NCBI GenBank assembly: GCA_020854825.1 | Contig: JAHKLY010000002.1 | Location: 112,291-176,290 of the forward strand | Origin: Candidatus Micrarchaeota archaeon | GTDB taxonomy: Archaea; Micrarchaeota; Micrarchaeia; Anstonellales; JAHKLY01 | Reading direction: 5' to 3' | Length of the DNA stretch: 64,000 nt | In this document: in pieces, positions 16,038 through 25,835 of the stretch | Layout of the letters: each line of letters opens with the position of its first letter | How positions within the stretch are numbered: position 1 is the first letter of the stretch | Position numbers and translations under genes: made by a program | Notes under the pieces: generated by a model | What the model was told of the DNA's origin: nothing | The model's input: the letters and a program-made list of their open reading frames with translations, nothing else | Databases searched by the model: none

Positions 16038-16610
16038 ATGGAAAATATTTTGAAAATTCTTAAACTTTATAAATTAAAGACAATTTATCGTGAAAATTCT
16101 GTTGAAAATAGAAAAGAAAGTGTTGCATAATATACTTGGAGTAGTATGCTTCTTGCAGATTATTTTTTAGATGTATTTAAACAAAAAGGATTTGAACCTA
16201 AAATAAACAGAGAAAGAGTATTTCAACTTCTTTTATATCACGATGTAGTTGAAATTGAAACAGGAGATATTTCTATACATTTAGAAGATGCGAGAGAGGG
16301 AAAAGAAGAAAAAGAAAAATTGGCAATTCAAAAATTGAGTAAAGAAGTCCCAAAAGAATTAGAAGAAAAACTTATTGAAATGTTTTATGAGTATGAAAAT
16401 CATAAAACAATTGAAGCAAAATTTGCTAAAGCTATTGATGTTTTAGATGCTCAAATTCATGAAATAGATTATAAAAACGATTGGATAGGATGGACAGCAG
16501 ATATTTTATATAAACATAAAAAAAATAAGGTTAAAGAATTTCCAATCTTGGATGAATTTTTTGAAGAATTAATTGATTTTCTTAAAAAAGATGGGTATTT
16601 TGATCAATAA
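16038..16610 (+). pseudogene. HD-domain 5'-deoxynucleotidase (YfbR/HDDC2-like) with nonsense mutation
   Basis: Frame from ATG 16038 reads KLK.IYR...RKESVA*YTWS (expected ESVAEH.W); TAA at 16128-16130; downstream HD..EI.TGDI and EAKF.KAID motifs intact. Confidence 0.8.
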
Positions 16611-16677
16611 ATTATGAATATGTTTATAACACATTTATATATTTTCTTATTCTAAATATTTAATAGGAGGTGGGGTT

Positions 16678-17079
16678 ATGAAAGAAATAACTGTAATAAC
16701 AAAAAATGAAATTGGTGCGTTAGCTGAAGTATGTAGTATTCTAGGTAAAGCAGGCATTAACCTCCAAGGGATATCTGCTAATGGAGTTGATAATAAAGGT
16801 ATTATCAAAATTATAACTAGTGATCCGATCTCAAGTGAAAACTTCTTAAATAAAAAAGGATATAAAACAAAAATAAATGATGTGATTGTTGCTAAAATTA
16901 ATGATCGACCAGGAGAATTAAGTAAACTAATTGAAAAACTATCTAGAGAACGAGTAAATTTGGAATCTGTATACTTGTTAAATAATACAAAAGGAATAGT
17001 GGAAATTGCTATAATACCAGAAAGAACAGAAGATATCGAAAAAATAACAGATATGATAGGCAAAGGATATATTGCTTAG
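16678..17079 (+). CDS. tandem ACT-domain protein
   Basis: N..GALAEV..ILGKAGINL and DRPGELSKL...L....VNLESVY; SD GGAGGTG. Confidence 0.88.
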   Translation: MKEITVITKNEIGALAEVCSILGKAGINLQGISANGVDNKGIIKIITSDPISSENFLNKKGYKTKINDVIVAKINDRPGELSKLIEKLSRERVNLESVYLLNNTKGIVEIAIIPERTEDIEKITDMIGKGYIA

Positions 17080-17081
17080 TA

Positions 17082-18260
17082 TTAATTATTTGAATGTGCT
17101 TTGTATAATTCTTCAAAATGTTTGGACATCGCAGAAAATGCTTCTGAAAATAAAGAATAATTAGTTAATTTTTTCATAATATAATCTATTTCTTTTTTTA
17201 ATTCTTCTTCAGTTATATTTGTAGTTTCAGCTAATGAAATAACCCAATTTGCCATATCCCATCTTAACCAATAAGAATTTTGTGGATCATTAAAAACTCC
17301 TTCTTTTGATTCAGTTGCTTCAATAATTTTACCAGTTAAATGAAGCAAACAGGTTTTCATTTTTTTATTTTTTTCCATTTTTTTTATAGTTTCTTCAGTT
17401 AAAGGAATATTTGCTTTTTCAAATAAGGGGGCAGATTCTTCAAATATCATTTTATCAAATTCTTCAAAAACTTTTGAAAATAATTCAATAGCTTTTCTAA
17501 GTTTTGATTTAAAGAATAAGAATTTATTTCCTTTTATATTTTCAGGGAGGTCCATTTTATCAATAAGTTCTCTTGTTTTTTTCTCTCCTTTTAAATATAC
17601 TAAAATAGTTATTCTACCAATTCTTTCAGCATCTAATATGATGTCATTTGAATATAATTTATACTCTTTTAAAATTTCATCTGCTTTTTGAATAGATTCT
17701 ATAAAATATTTCTCACTTTCATTTTTATGAGTCAATAATATTCCATATGTAGATAATAACGTGTTAACATATTTAGGATATTTTTTATTTAAAAATTCGA
17801 CAATAGGACTAAAACTTATTTTGTCTGTTTTTAATTTTTCATACCTGTTTAACATAGATAATTCATTAATTCCAAAAAGATCTTCTTTATAATTTAAGTC
17901 ATCATCAAAAATAATCTTTCCAGTTTTTAATGCTGCTACAAATACAAATGCTTGATCTTGAGAATCTAAAGTTAATAATTGTTCATATTTATTTTCAGTA
18001 TTTAATAATTCTACAAAATCTTCATAACGTTTAAGTGTATATATTTCTAATATTTTTTCTCCTTCGAGAGTATTAAAGTTAATGTTTTTAAGTTCATGTC
18101 CCGTATAATTTTTGAATTTTGTAGTATTAATTTCATTTCTATTAATTGTTAACCAGTATTTCATATAAAATTGTACTTTATTTTTATCTAAAGTTTGCTG
18201 TTGTACGGACCTATGCTTATGAGTCTTTGAAGGGTATGGCATATATTTATCTAGATACAC
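17082..18260 (-). CDS. hypothetical protein
   Basis: 392-aa ORF, no motif recognised. Confidence 0.65.
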   Translation of the reverse strand: MYLDKYMPYPSKTHKHRSVQQQTLDKNKVQFYMKYWLTINRNEINTTKFKNYTGHELKNINFNTLEGEKILEIYTLKRYEDFVELLNTENKYEQLLTLDSQDQAFVFVAALKTGKIIFDDDLNYKEDLFGINELSMLNRYEKLKTDKISFSPIVEFLNKKYPKYVNTLLSTYGILLTHKNESEKYFIESIQKADEILKEYKLYSNDIILDAERIGRITILVYLKGEKKTRELIDKMDLPENIKGNKFLFFKSKLRKAIELFSKVFEEFDKMIFEESAPLFEKANIPLTEETIKKMEKNKKMKTCLLHLTGKIIEATESKEGVFNDPQNSYWLRWDMANWVISLAETTNITEEELKKEIDYIMKKLTNYSLFSEAFSAMSKHFEELYKAHSNN

Positions 18261-18273
18261 AAATTTATAATAC

Positions 18274-19434
18274 TTATTTAAAAAATAATTTTAGTTTTTG
18301 CAAAAACCCTTCTTGTTTTTGTTTACTTTCCATTTTATTTAAAAGAGACAATAATTCTTGACATCCCACAAGCTCTTGTTCTAATTTATTTTTTGAATAC
18401 TCTTTTAATTCTTCTTTTTTGATTATGTATGTTTCATACTCGTTAAAAGAATAAATACTATCTCCATAAAGAATTATCTCATTAATAATTTCTTTAGAAC
18501 ATTCTATTGATTTAAAAAATTCAATTAGATCATTACTCATTTTTTCATTTTTTTTCAAATTTAAAAAATTGGTTTTATCTAAATTAAATATTTTATCAAA
18601 CCATACTCTTTCTTTACGTATTACTCTATTGAATTTTGATACTTCTGGATATACATATGCTAATTTTTGGTCTGAATAATCGAAATATTTATATAATTCT
18701 TGAAGATCCATATTACTAAAGAATGTATCTTTATTAAATAAATTTTCTAACTCTTGTAATGTATCTAACTTAATAAAAGGAAAATCAAATTTAAAAAGAT
18801 CTTCTGATTGTATCTTTTTAATTAAATCTTTAATTTTTAAATTCATTAAACTATAGATATACTCTTTTCTAATTTCTTCTAACTTATTGATGTTATCTAA
18901 GTATTTTTCTACTAATTTAATATGTTCAATATTTATATTCTCTAATTCAATTAAATTATTTAAAAGTAAGGTTATTTTGTTAATTCTTGTTTCCAAATCA
19001 ATTTTTTCATTTTTTAATTGTTGCCCTAATGTGAGATATTTTTTATTTAAATTTTCAATTTCTTCAAAATACTTAAATTTATTTTTAACTTCTTCAATTT
19101 TTCTTTTTTTAAGTAATTCTATGATTTCTTTAAACTTTTCCCCTATATTACTAGATATTTTTCCTTCTTCCATCGCATTTAAAATAGTTGCTTCAAAAGA
19201 AAGATCTGTTTTATATGCTCTCTGCAGTTTTCTTCCTAATTTAAATTTTTGTCTTAAATCTTGATTTGATATTTCTTCTTGTTTTTTGATTCTTTCGGTT
19301 TTTTCAATTAATTCTTCTAACCATTTTGTCAATTCTAATATATCTTTAAATTGTTCTTCTCCAAACTCGTTTATCTCTTCTAAGGTTCGAGAATATTGAT
19401 TTTTTAAATTAAGAAGATCTTGTTTTTTATACAT
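18274..19434 (-). CDS. hypothetical coiled-coil protein
   Basis: Long heptad-rich ORF; ATG at 19434 is the likely start. Confidence 0.7.
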   Translation of the reverse strand: MYKKQDLLNLKNQYSRTLEEINEFGEEQFKDILELTKWLEELIEKTERIKKQEEISNQDLRQKFKLGRKLQRAYKTDLSFEATILNAMEEGKISSNIGEKFKEIIELLKKRKIEEVKNKFKYFEEIENLNKKYLTLGQQLKNEKIDLETRINKITLLLNNLIELENINIEHIKLVEKYLDNINKLEEIRKEYIYSLMNLKIKDLIKKIQSEDLFKFDFPFIKLDTLQELENLFNKDTFFSNMDLQELYKYFDYSDQKLAYVYPEVSKFNRVIRKERVWFDKIFNLDKTNFLNLKKNEKMSNDLIEFFKSIECSKEIINEIILYGDSIYSFNEYETYIIKKEELKEYSKNKLEQELVGCQELLSLLNKMESKQKQEGFLQKLKLFFK

Positions 19435-19515
19435 ATACTTTATTAGATATAGATTACTTATAAAACTATTGTTCAATGCGCTATGTTTTTAAACGTTTAA
19501 GTATATTAATATATA

Positions 19516-20424
19516 ATGTATAACACATTTGAAAAAAAGTTTATAGAACCTTTAACTAAATCTGAAATAAAACTCATAGGGGATAAAGGCCCCATGTTTA
19601 AAACAGATAAAGAAACTATCCGAGGAGTTGCTTATTTTGAAAGATTACATGAATTAGCTACAGATGAAAGAGGCAACTTTAAAAGAAATGGTATAGATTT
19701 TAGTAGTATATTTTATTATTTTCCAAAAAAATCAAGTCCACACATAGTTCTTCTGCCTTCTGGATTTAGTTTTAATGAAAGAATTAGACATCATCCTTCT
19801 AGTTTTTTAAGATTTTTAAAATTTAAATTATCCAATTTTGATACTACTGATGAAAAAGAATTATACCATTTGTCTTTAAAATATCTAGCAGCAGAGTTAG
19901 CAAGTATGTTAGATGAAGAATATTCTTTTATTTTACCTATTTGTCATTCAAAAGGTTTTTCAATACATCTAGGGACTCAATTATCTAAAGTATTGGGTAT
20001 TAATATAGAATATGAATATGTTGAAACATTGAAAAATATAAAAACTCAAAGCACATTAAATACTTCAAAAAGATTATCTAATTTAAAAAAGTCTTTAAGA
20101 CTTAAAAAGAAATTTCCGTTAAATTCAAAAATACTTCTTATTGATGATGTTATTACTACTGGAGCAACAATTCAAGAGTATCTTAGATTACTAGTTGGAC
20201 AAGATGTAAAAACTATTATTAATTATAAAACAGAACCTATATTTGAAGAACATAGGATTTTCAATTCAAATTTAAAAAATTCTAGATTAAATTTTGTAGG
20301 AAATATTAATGGAAACCTTGTTTATTGTCTTGATCTTCCTTTTTTTGAAGCAATAGAGACAATTGAAAAAGATTTAAAAGTTTTAGAGTTTGATAATGAT
20401 ATGCATTTTTGTAATTATCAATAA
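19516..20424 (+). CDS. ComF-like phosphoribosyltransferase-domain protein
   Basis: ILPI.HSKGF, Q..L....R..NL and ILLIDDVITTGAT (PRPP-binding) motifs. Confidence 0.75.
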   Translation: MYNTFEKKFIEPLTKSEIKLIGDKGPMFKTDKETIRGVAYFERLHELATDERGNFKRNGIDFSSIFYYFPKKSSPHIVLLPSGFSFNERIRHHPSSFLRFLKFKLSNFDTTDEKELYHLSLKYLAAELASMLDEEYSFILPICHSKGFSIHLGTQLSKVLGINIEYEYVETLKNIKTQSTLNTSKRLSNLKKSLRLKKKFPLNSKILLIDDVITTGATIQEYLRLLVGQDVKTIINYKTEPIFEEHRIFNSNLKNSRLNFVGNINGNLVYCLDLPFFEAIETIEKDLKVLEFDNDMHFCNYQ

Positions 20425-20437
20425 AAAAAAGAAAAAA

Positions 20438-20590
20438 TTATTCTTCTTCTGCAAATCTCTTAATTTCTTCGATATGTTCAACTATTAATTGTGCTTTTCT
20501 TTTTCCAAATTTAAATGGATATTGATCTGCATCATCTTTTTTTAGAACAATTAATTTATTTCCTTTAAATTCATCATATTCTACTACCAT
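20438..20590 (-). CDS. small 50-aa protein, PC4-like pattern (MVVEYDEFKGNKLIVLKKDDADQYPFKFGKRKAQLIVEHIEEIKRFAEEE)
   Basis: Not in the ORF track; SD AGGTGA, T-rich terminator; beta-beta-beta-alpha pattern. Confidence 0.75.
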   Translation of the reverse strand: MVVEYDEFKGNKLIVLKKDDADQYPFKFGKRKAQLIVEHIEEIKRFAEEE

Positions 20591-20608
20591 TTCATCACCT
20601 ACAAAAAA

Positions 20609-21088
20609 TTATTGTTTAACATTTATGATTGTTAAATTACTAAAAGTAATATTATTTAAAACTATGTTTGCCGTAATTGTATAATCCCCTTCTTTAATTC
20701 CTCCACAAACATTACATTTTGGTAGTTTAAATAAATATTTTTCACTATTATTTCCAATTGTTAAATCTATTGTTCTATCTTCTTTGAATCTATTATTTAT
20801 TGCTCTAATAGATAAACTAGCATTTTTAAAATCCATATTTGATTCTATATTGATACTAATATTTACTTGTTGAGAAGACTTATATTCAAGTTTATCTGTA
20901 GAAATATTAATTACCAAGTTTGGTTCAAGATCAAATTCATCATTTATATTGGAATTATTAGTTTCAGATATATTAATATGATCAGTTTCATTAGCTAAAT
21001 CTTTATCGATAGTATCTCCATTTAAGTTAGTTAAACAACCAAAAAATAAAGAAAAAAGAATAAAAATAAAAAGTAAGTTTTTTTTCAT
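20609..21088 (-). CDS. putative lipoprotein with Ig-like domain and CxxC
   Basis: MKK-hydrophobic-FFGC signal; ISTDK..Y..; PKCNVC.GI..GDY. Confidence 0.7.
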   Translation of the reverse strand: MKKNLLFIFILFSLFFGCLTNLNGDTIDKDLANETDHINISETNNSNINDEFDLEPNLVINISTDKLEYKSSQQVNISINIESNMDFKNASLSIRAINNRFKEDRTIDLTIGNNSEKYLFKLPKCNVCGGIKEGDYTITANIVLNNITFSNLTIINVKQ

Positions 21089-21117
21089 TGAATTACACTT
21101 CCATAAACCATGAAAAT

Positions 21118-21309
21118 TTAAACTTTTTTGACATTTACTGCTTTTGGTCCTTTTTCACCATCTTCAATTTCAAAGGATACTTTATCTCCTTCGTTTATTC
21201 TTGTTCCAGGAACTAAACCTGTTATGTGAACAAAATAGTCTGTTCCATCTTCGCCAGTAATAAAACCAAAACTTTTTACTGGATTAAAGAATTTTACTGT
21301 ACCTTCCAT
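21118..21309 (-). CDS. cspA: cold-shock protein
   Basis: GTVKFFN..KSFGFI (RNP1), YFVHIT (RNP2), KGPKAVNV. Confidence 0.95.
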   Translation of the reverse strand: MEGTVKFFNPVKSFGFITGEDGTDYFVHITGLVPGTRINEGDKVSFEIEDGEKGPKAVNVKKV

Positions 21310-21402
21310 TTACTTTACACCTCTTTTTAAAGAATAACCCTTTCATTATATATATTAATGAAAAGTATTACTCTCAATACTACTAGAATTCTGAATGACA
21401 CA

Positions 21403-22797
21403 TTATTTAAAACTATGTTTTATTTCATTTCTATAAAAAGGAGCGTTTACGACAAGAGTTTCATACTCTCCACCTTCTCCCATTACATTCAGGTTATATG
21501 TTTTAGATAATTTTTTTAATTCTTCTAGAGTGTGTTTATCTAATATTCTACCTATCCATTTTTTATCAAAACCTTCTGCTGCAGTTTTTGTGATAATAAT
21601 TGTAAAACCTTTATTTATCATTTCATTTAATAATTGTTCTTGATCTTCTCCCCATAAAGGAGTATAAGACTTTATTCCTAGTTTATTACAGATATTATGG
21701 ATTCTTTTTTTTTGGTATTCAGAAGCTATTGCACCAGATATAATTCCTTGAATTTTATATTGTTCTATTGCAGTTTTAATCAATTTTTCTAAATCTTTTA
21801 ATTCATCCTCTTTATTTCCATCTGTTTTTTGAAATATAATTGGTATACCTATGGAATTTGAGATATCACTAGCTAATTCAATAGTTGGAGTATGAAACAT
21901 ATAACTATCTTCATTTTTACTTTTAATAGTCATTAAACATGATATCTCATACCCTTTTTTCATCATTTTATACATAGCAAAAAGTGAATCTTTACCTGTA
22001 CTTATCAAAGCACCCACTTTAATATTTAATAAATCACCAACATAATCTGATTTAAATTTAAATCCTTTGGATTTAGCAAGCCGTTCTATATCTTTATCTA
22101 TTCCACTTCCATACTGTACAGCAAGTTTTTGTCTCCAAGCATATTCTTTGGGTACTCCTAATTCTTCTGAAACTTGTCTAAGGATATATTTTTTATGTCC
22201 ATCTTTAATTTTTAAATTTCCTGGAATTTTAAGAGAATGAGATATGAGGTCTTTATTTAAAAATGGAGTTAATAATGCAATATTAAAATATTTTGCTAAA
22301 GAATTATCCCTATCTAGATCTCTTTCTTTTAATGAATCTAACCCGCGTTTACATTCTTCGTTTATATTTTTTGCATGTGCATGTCTTTCGTATCCTGCGT
22401 AAAGTTCTTCTGTTCCCAATCCAGAAAATAAATGAGTAATCCCATCTTCACTTGCTTTTTTTATAGATAAATACAATGGTAGTGCAATACTTACAGTAAC
22501 ATAAGTGACATTTTCTATAATATTAGAAACTTCAATTAATTCTTTTTCTAAATTTTTTGGTTTCACAATTTCAAGTTCAAAACCTAGTTCTTCAGCTGCT
22601 TTTTTTGCAAAAATACAATCTTTATAATCTTCTTCAGAAGAAGTAGTATAACATATGAAATCTATATTATTATCTTTTAGAATTTTAGCTATTAAAGTAG
22701 AATCAACTCCTCCTGAGAATAAAACTCCTATTTTACCATGTTTAGGTATCTCATTAAGTATAGATTTAGTTATTAATTGCTTGAGTTCATTATGCAT
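21403..22797 (-). CDS. fusion of asparagine synthetase C-terminal (PP-loop) domain and diphthine--ammonia ligase (Dph6)
   Basis: N-half: LFSGGVDS, SGLGTEELYAGY, PFL, KYILR, K.A.QYGSG. C-half: STGKDS, SYMFH, GAIASEYQ, PLW, GEGGEYETLV..AP. Confidence 0.88.
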   Translation of the reverse strand: MHNELKQLITKSILNEIPKHGKIGVLFSGGVDSTLIAKILKDNNIDFICYTTSSEEDYKDCIFAKKAAEELGFELEIVKPKNLEKELIEVSNIIENVTYVTVSIALPLYLSIKKASEDGITHLFSGLGTEELYAGYERHAHAKNINEECKRGLDSLKERDLDRDNSLAKYFNIALLTPFLNKDLISHSLKIPGNLKIKDGHKKYILRQVSEELGVPKEYAWRQKLAVQYGSGIDKDIERLAKSKGFKFKSDYVGDLLNIKVGALISTGKDSLFAMYKMMKKGYEISCLMTIKSKNEDSYMFHTPTIELASDISNSIGIPIIFQKTDGNKEDELKDLEKLIKTAIEQYKIQGIISGAIASEYQKKRIHNICNKLGIKSYTPLWGEDQEQLLNEMINKGFTIIITKTAAEGFDKKWIGRILDKHTLEELKKLSKTYNLNVMGEGGEYETLVVNAPFYRNEIKHSFK

Positions 22798-22835
22798 ATT
22801 TATATTATGTGAGAATATCCTTATAAAAGTAAGTT

Positions 22836-23975
22836 TTAAATTGTAGCACTAATATTGTCTTTAGATTTTCCCAAAGGTATAGGTAAATATTTTTGAGCAG
22901 GCATAGTTTTTTTTTCATTTAACCAATTTCTGATTATATTCATTGTTTCATCAATAACAGGAGGTAAATATTTTTTTGAATTTACCCTTTGCTTTTTTTG
23001 AGATTTTAAAAAATTTAATGCATCTTTATCACCTAACATATCAAAAAAAACTTTTGCATATTCATATTTAGTAGAATAAAATATTTTAGCTACTTTTTTC
23101 ATAACTCTTCTTTTGCAGATTAAATTTTTTTGACTTATTTCATACAAAATATCGAGTGAGTAATACCTTGAAAGAGTAAAAGTTTCATTATTTAATATGG
23201 AAGAACATAAAGCATCTATAACAATATTACTTTTTTTATGGGAACAGTTTGTTCCCATTTTAATTAGTACTTTTTTAAGATAATCTATTTTCCATTTTTG
23301 TTCATTTTGATTATCTAATACTAAGATAGCCTCAATTAATTTCCCACAATTTTTTTTGGTTATATTTTTTTCAAAGAAATATGTATATCTCAAAAAACCT
23401 TCTTCTATATTACAATTTAACATTGAATTCCAAATGATATTAAAGTCGTTAAAAAGTAAATTACTTTCAATTTCATTAATTACAAATTTAAGTCGATCAT
23501 CTTGTAGATTCTCATTTGTTAAACAATGAATAAATTTTGGAATATATAATTTTTTTTCTAAATTAATAATACCATTTTGAACTAAGGGTAATAACGAATC
23601 ATTTCCTTTAATTAAAAATAATAAAACAGGGTATATAGGGGGAATTTTAGAATCTCTCATACATTCTTCCATAAACTTTTTTTCTTCAGAATTTGCTACT
23701 GGATAAAATTTGAAGAAATGTACTAATCCAGAATCACAAAGGTGTTCAGTTATTATCCATTTTATTGTATATAATTCATTAAAAGAATCGTTTCTTATTG
23801 CATGATGGATACGAGTTACAATAATTTTTGCCACTAAATCTCTAAGTTCCCAGTTTATATCAGAAATAAAGATTGCAAATTCTTTCATTGATTCTTCATT
23901 AGATTGCTCAAATAAATAAGCAATAAATTTTTTTAATTCGTGTTTGTTGACATCATTTGAAAATTGTAAACTCAT
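22836..23975 (-). CDS. hypothetical alpha-solenoid (HEAT-like) protein
   Basis: 379-aa helical ORF. Confidence 0.65.
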   Translation of the reverse strand: MSLQFSNDVNKHELKKFIAYLFEQSNEESMKEFAIFISDINWELRDLVAKIIVTRIHHAIRNDSFNELYTIKWIITEHLCDSGLVHFFKFYPVANSEEKKFMEECMRDSKIPPIYPVLLFLIKGNDSLLPLVQNGIINLEKKLYIPKFIHCLTNENLQDDRLKFVINEIESNLLFNDFNIIWNSMLNCNIEEGFLRYTYFFEKNITKKNCGKLIEAILVLDNQNEQKWKIDYLKKVLIKMGTNCSHKKSNIVIDALCSSILNNETFTLSRYYSLDILYEISQKNLICKRRVMKKVAKIFYSTKYEYAKVFFDMLGDKDALNFLKSQKKQRVNSKKYLPPVIDETMNIIRNWLNEKKTMPAQKYLPIPLGKSKDNISATI

Positions 23976-23983
23976 AAATTTAA

Positions 23984-24628
23984 TTAAACTAATTTATAAA
24001 GTTTCTTTTGCTCTTCAATTATGGATCCAATTTGAATAAGATCACTGATCATATAATCTGGAATAAATTCAGGTGTTTTTTTAGGTTTTCTTATCATCCA
24101 TGCAGTTTTTATACCTAGTGTACTGGCTACCACAAGGTTTTTTATTTTATCATCAATAAATAATATTTTATTTGGTTCACAATTACATTTCTTTATTAAA
24201 ATATCATAAACTTCTGGTTCTGGTTTTGAGTATCCTTCTTTACCTGTTAACACATTCACATCAAAAATGCCTTTTAATTGTGGAGAGATTAAAACTTCTT
24301 CTCCCCAAGATTCTGAAATATTACTTAATAATCCAATTTTTATTTTTCCTTTTAAATTTAAACTTAATTGTTCAAAAGTGGGATCAATTAAAGATAAAAC
24401 TTTATTCATAAAATTTTTTCGTATTTTTTCATAGTCTTGCACATCTATCTCTCTCCAAAATTTAGATTCAGATAATTGTCCTTTATCAAATTTATGGATT
24501 TTATCCATTAACACATCATAATCAACTAACTCACCATTTGCTTGTAGAATTGTAAATAATAAATCTCCTAAACTACCTTTTTCTAAGATTACTCCGCCAA
24601 AATCAAAAATTAAGTATTCATACCTCAT
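23984..24628 (-). CDS. HAD-superfamily phosphatase (YihX-like)
   Basis: IFDFGGVI, LLSN, SKPEPEVY and LFIDDK..N...A..LG motifs. Confidence 0.9.
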   Translation of the reverse strand: MRYEYLIFDFGGVILEKGSLGDLLFTILQANGELVDYDVLMDKIHKFDKGQLSESKFWREIDVQDYEKIRKNFMNKVLSLIDPTFEQLSLNLKGKIKIGLLSNISESWGEEVLISPQLKGIFDVNVLTGKEGYSKPEPEVYDILIKKCNCEPNKILFIDDKIKNLVVASTLGIKTAWMIRKPKKTPEFIPDYMISDLIQIGSIIEEQKKLYKLV

Positions 24629-25242
24629 TCTATCAAATCCTCCAGTTGAATTAATTTAGGAACAATTAAATCTGCTTTACCGCTACATTTTTCAATGGGT
24701 TTTCGTAATAATAATACAGTTTTAAGACCTTTGCTACTAGCCATATTAATATTATCTACATCTTGATCAATGACTAATGCATTTCCTATTTTATTTTTGA
24801 TTATATCAAATGCGATGTCATTTGGAAACATTGCCTCTAAATCTGATGATAAAATAGATAATTGAATCATTGAAGATAATCCAGATGAATCAAATATTTC
24901 TTCTGCCCATTCTTTGGGTATATTACCATATACTCCTATTTTTTTATCCATAAACCCAGATATTAAAGGCAAAAAATCATTATCAAAAGAATATTCAAGT
25001 TTTTCTAGGACTAATTTCCTTGGCATATGTATATCTGTTATACCAATATTTTGCCAAAATTCTTTTTCAATTATTTGTCCTTTACAAAACTTATCAAATT
25101 CAGTATTAAGTTCATTATTATTTTTCATTTTGCAATTTCTGATTGTATCCTTTATTATTTGAGGAATGTTTGAAAAAGTAAATACTCCTCCCTCTAAATT
25201 AAAGAAAACCGAATTACACCTTATTTTTTCCATACTGGTCAC
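24625..25242 (-). CDS. degenerate HAD-like protein (probable pseudo-enzyme)
   Basis: Paralog of the neighbour, but motif I is FNLEGG, KP is replaced by FP and DD by DQ. Confidence 0.65.
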   Translation of the reverse strand: MTSMEKIRCNSVFFNLEGGVFTFSNIPQIIKDTIRNCKMKNNNELNTEFDKFCKGQIIEKEFWQNIGITDIHMPRKLVLEKLEYSFDNDFLPLISGFMDKKIGVYGNIPKEWAEEIFDSSGLSSMIQLSILSSDLEAMFPNDIAFDIIKNKIGNALVIDQDVDNINMASSKGLKTVLLLRKPIEKCSGKADLIVPKLIQLEDLIE

Positions 25243-25293
25243 AAATTAATTTCAAAAGAAAACTTAATAAGCCTTTCAGTTTAATATATCAAT

Positions 25294-25590
25294 ATGGGAA
25301 AAGTATATTTTACAAAAGACACAGAACCAACAAAATTTGTGATTGAACAAATATATGATCTTGCTGGTCGTTTAATTTTACATGGAACCGTAATGCACGG
25401 AGTCATAAAACCTGGAATTGAAGGCAAAGTTAAGGGTAAAGAATTTATATTAGAACATATTGAACAAAAAAATATTCGATTAGATTATTTAGAAAAGGGA
25501 GAAACGGGCGATTTAGTAATAAAAAGTAGAGATACACTTAAAAAAATTCATCCTGAAGATTTTGGAGTAGGTAAAATACTATTATTTTGA
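25294..25590 (+). CDS. stand-alone translation-factor beta-barrel (EF-Tu domain II / Pbp11-like)
   Basis: F.IE.IY.L.GR.IL.GTV..G.IKPG ... IE.....D.L..GE.G.L pattern. Confidence 0.6.
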   Translation: MGKVYFTKDTEPTKFVIEQIYDLAGRLILHGTVMHGVIKPGIEGKVKGKEFILEHIEQKNIRLDYLEKGETGDLVIKSRDTLKKIHPEDFGVGKILLF

Positions 25591-25696
25591 CGCTAATTAA
25601 CTCATACTATAACTTTCTTATAGTTTTGTGTTCATTTATGTTTGAATAAATCAAAATAATGAATAATATTTTTAAATATATTTATTATAATACATA

Positions 25697-25772
25697 TGCT
25701 CTTACCTTTATGGAGAGCAAGGTGGGAGGTAAGGAAGGAGCCAGCGTGGTTAACCTGCCTTACCCTTCTTTT
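25697..25772 (+). ncRNA. candidate structured small RNA (two hairpins) upstream of serS
   Basis: GC-rich island in AT-rich intergenic DNA; TGCTCT/AGAGCA and GGTAAGG/CCTTACC stems; TATA at about 25669-25676 and T-run at the end. Confidence 0.55.
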
Positions 25773-25835
25773 TATGTCAATTCTTTTTTTAAACGAACAA
25801 AAGCCTTAATAAACTTTATTTACTGAAATACTTCT

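Noticed and set aside
16647-17063. 138-aa minus-strand ORF
   Set aside because: Shadow of the ACT-domain gene, which has a strong SD and clear motifs
25696-25809. Short ORF MLLPLWRARW... across the GC-rich island
   Set aside because: Codon and base composition are unlike the genome; base-pairing explains the island better as RNA
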